From: Acidimicrobiales bacterium
Lineage (GTDB): Bacteria > Actinomycetota > Acidimicrobiia > Acidimicrobiales > Bog-793
Reading direction: 5' to 3'
DNA length: 64,000 bases
Assembly: GCA_035532075.1 (NCBI GenBank)
Contig: DATKRV010000021.1
Span: 1,887 to 65,886, forward strand
In this document: piece after piece, positions 63,848 to 64,000 of the stretch
How the letters are laid out: each line of letters begins with the position of its first letter
Position numbering within the stretch: position 1 is the first letter of the stretch
Made by a program: the position numbers and the translations under genes
Notes under the pieces: model-generated
The model's database searches: none
What the model saw: only the letters and a program-made list of their open reading frames with translations
What the model was told of the DNA's origin: nothing

Positions 63848-64000
63848 GTGTATAGATCGCAATATGAGGATGCAAGTTTTAAGTTGGGATTGGCCGGAGA
63901 CTGTCTCTTAACGCGTCGCCTTTCAGTGTTTACTGAACCGGAATATCTTCAACTTCGTCAGATTCTGAATGAAGCTGACGCGACATTTGCAAATCTCGAG
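63848..64000 (+). CDS. Second CapA/PGA_cap family protein, N-terminal part (continues beyond window end)
   Basis: GTG 63848 lies 8 nt after aaggagg. My translation is VYRSQYEDASFKLGLAGDCLLTRRLSVFTEPEYLQLRQILNEADATFANLE. The GD....(~35 aa)....NLE pattern is that of CapA N-termini and parallels the paralog at 49165. Confidence 0.65.
   Translation, partial: MYRSQYEDASFKLGLAGDCLLTRRLSVFTEPEYLQLRQILNEADATFANLE

Overview
The window splits into two compositionally different parts. All homology calls rest on motif recognition and remembered sequences; no database search or numerical computation was possible.

**Part 1 (about 1-40,000).** This is a GC-rich housekeeping block whose gene order matches what I recall for Actinomycetota (Mycobacterium Rv1292-Rv1315-like). 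It contains:
- a partial MFS transporter and tRNA-Arg(CCG)
- argS-lysA-hom-thrC, with no thrB
- rho, with a long Arg/Gly-rich insertion
- rpmE-prfA-prmC-tsaC-rpiB-glyA-wecA
- a complete F1Fo ATP synthase operon: atpZ-like, atpI, a, c, b, b', delta, alpha, gamma, beta, epsilon
- a 2H-phosphoesterase/GNAT fusion, glpX (minus strand) and murA
- two alpha/beta hydrolases and an SCP2 protein
- iscS-mnmA-ligA, gatCAB and ilvD

**Part 2 (about 40,000-64,000, running off the window).** Directly after ilvD the sequence becomes visibly AT-richer, and every called gene lies on the + strand. I could recognise no regulator or intact mobility gene. This accessory island encodes:
- a cysteine-less maleate-isomerase/AMDase-like protein with an MmgE/PrpD protein, a crotonase, an alpha/beta hydrolase and a metallophosphoesterase
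- a NitT/TauT-type ABC importer with no adjacent binding protein, followed by an orphan CapA-family protein and a hydantoin-racemase-like protein
- an apparent hydroxycinnamate side-chain cleavage set (HCHL-like hydratase/lyase, ADP-forming acyl-CoA synthetase, aldehyde dehydrogenase) next to a Liv-type ABC transporter
- an SsuA/NMT1-like binding protein followed by a second CapA paralog

**Most interesting observations.**
- the island itself and its split transporter/CapA/racemase modules
- the Cys-less racemase-superfamily protein
- an internally duplicated ATP synthase delta subunit
- AT-hook-like repeats in Rho
- the LigT-GNAT fusion
- several small repeats and hairpins

No CRISPR array, rRNA or intact IS element was seen.
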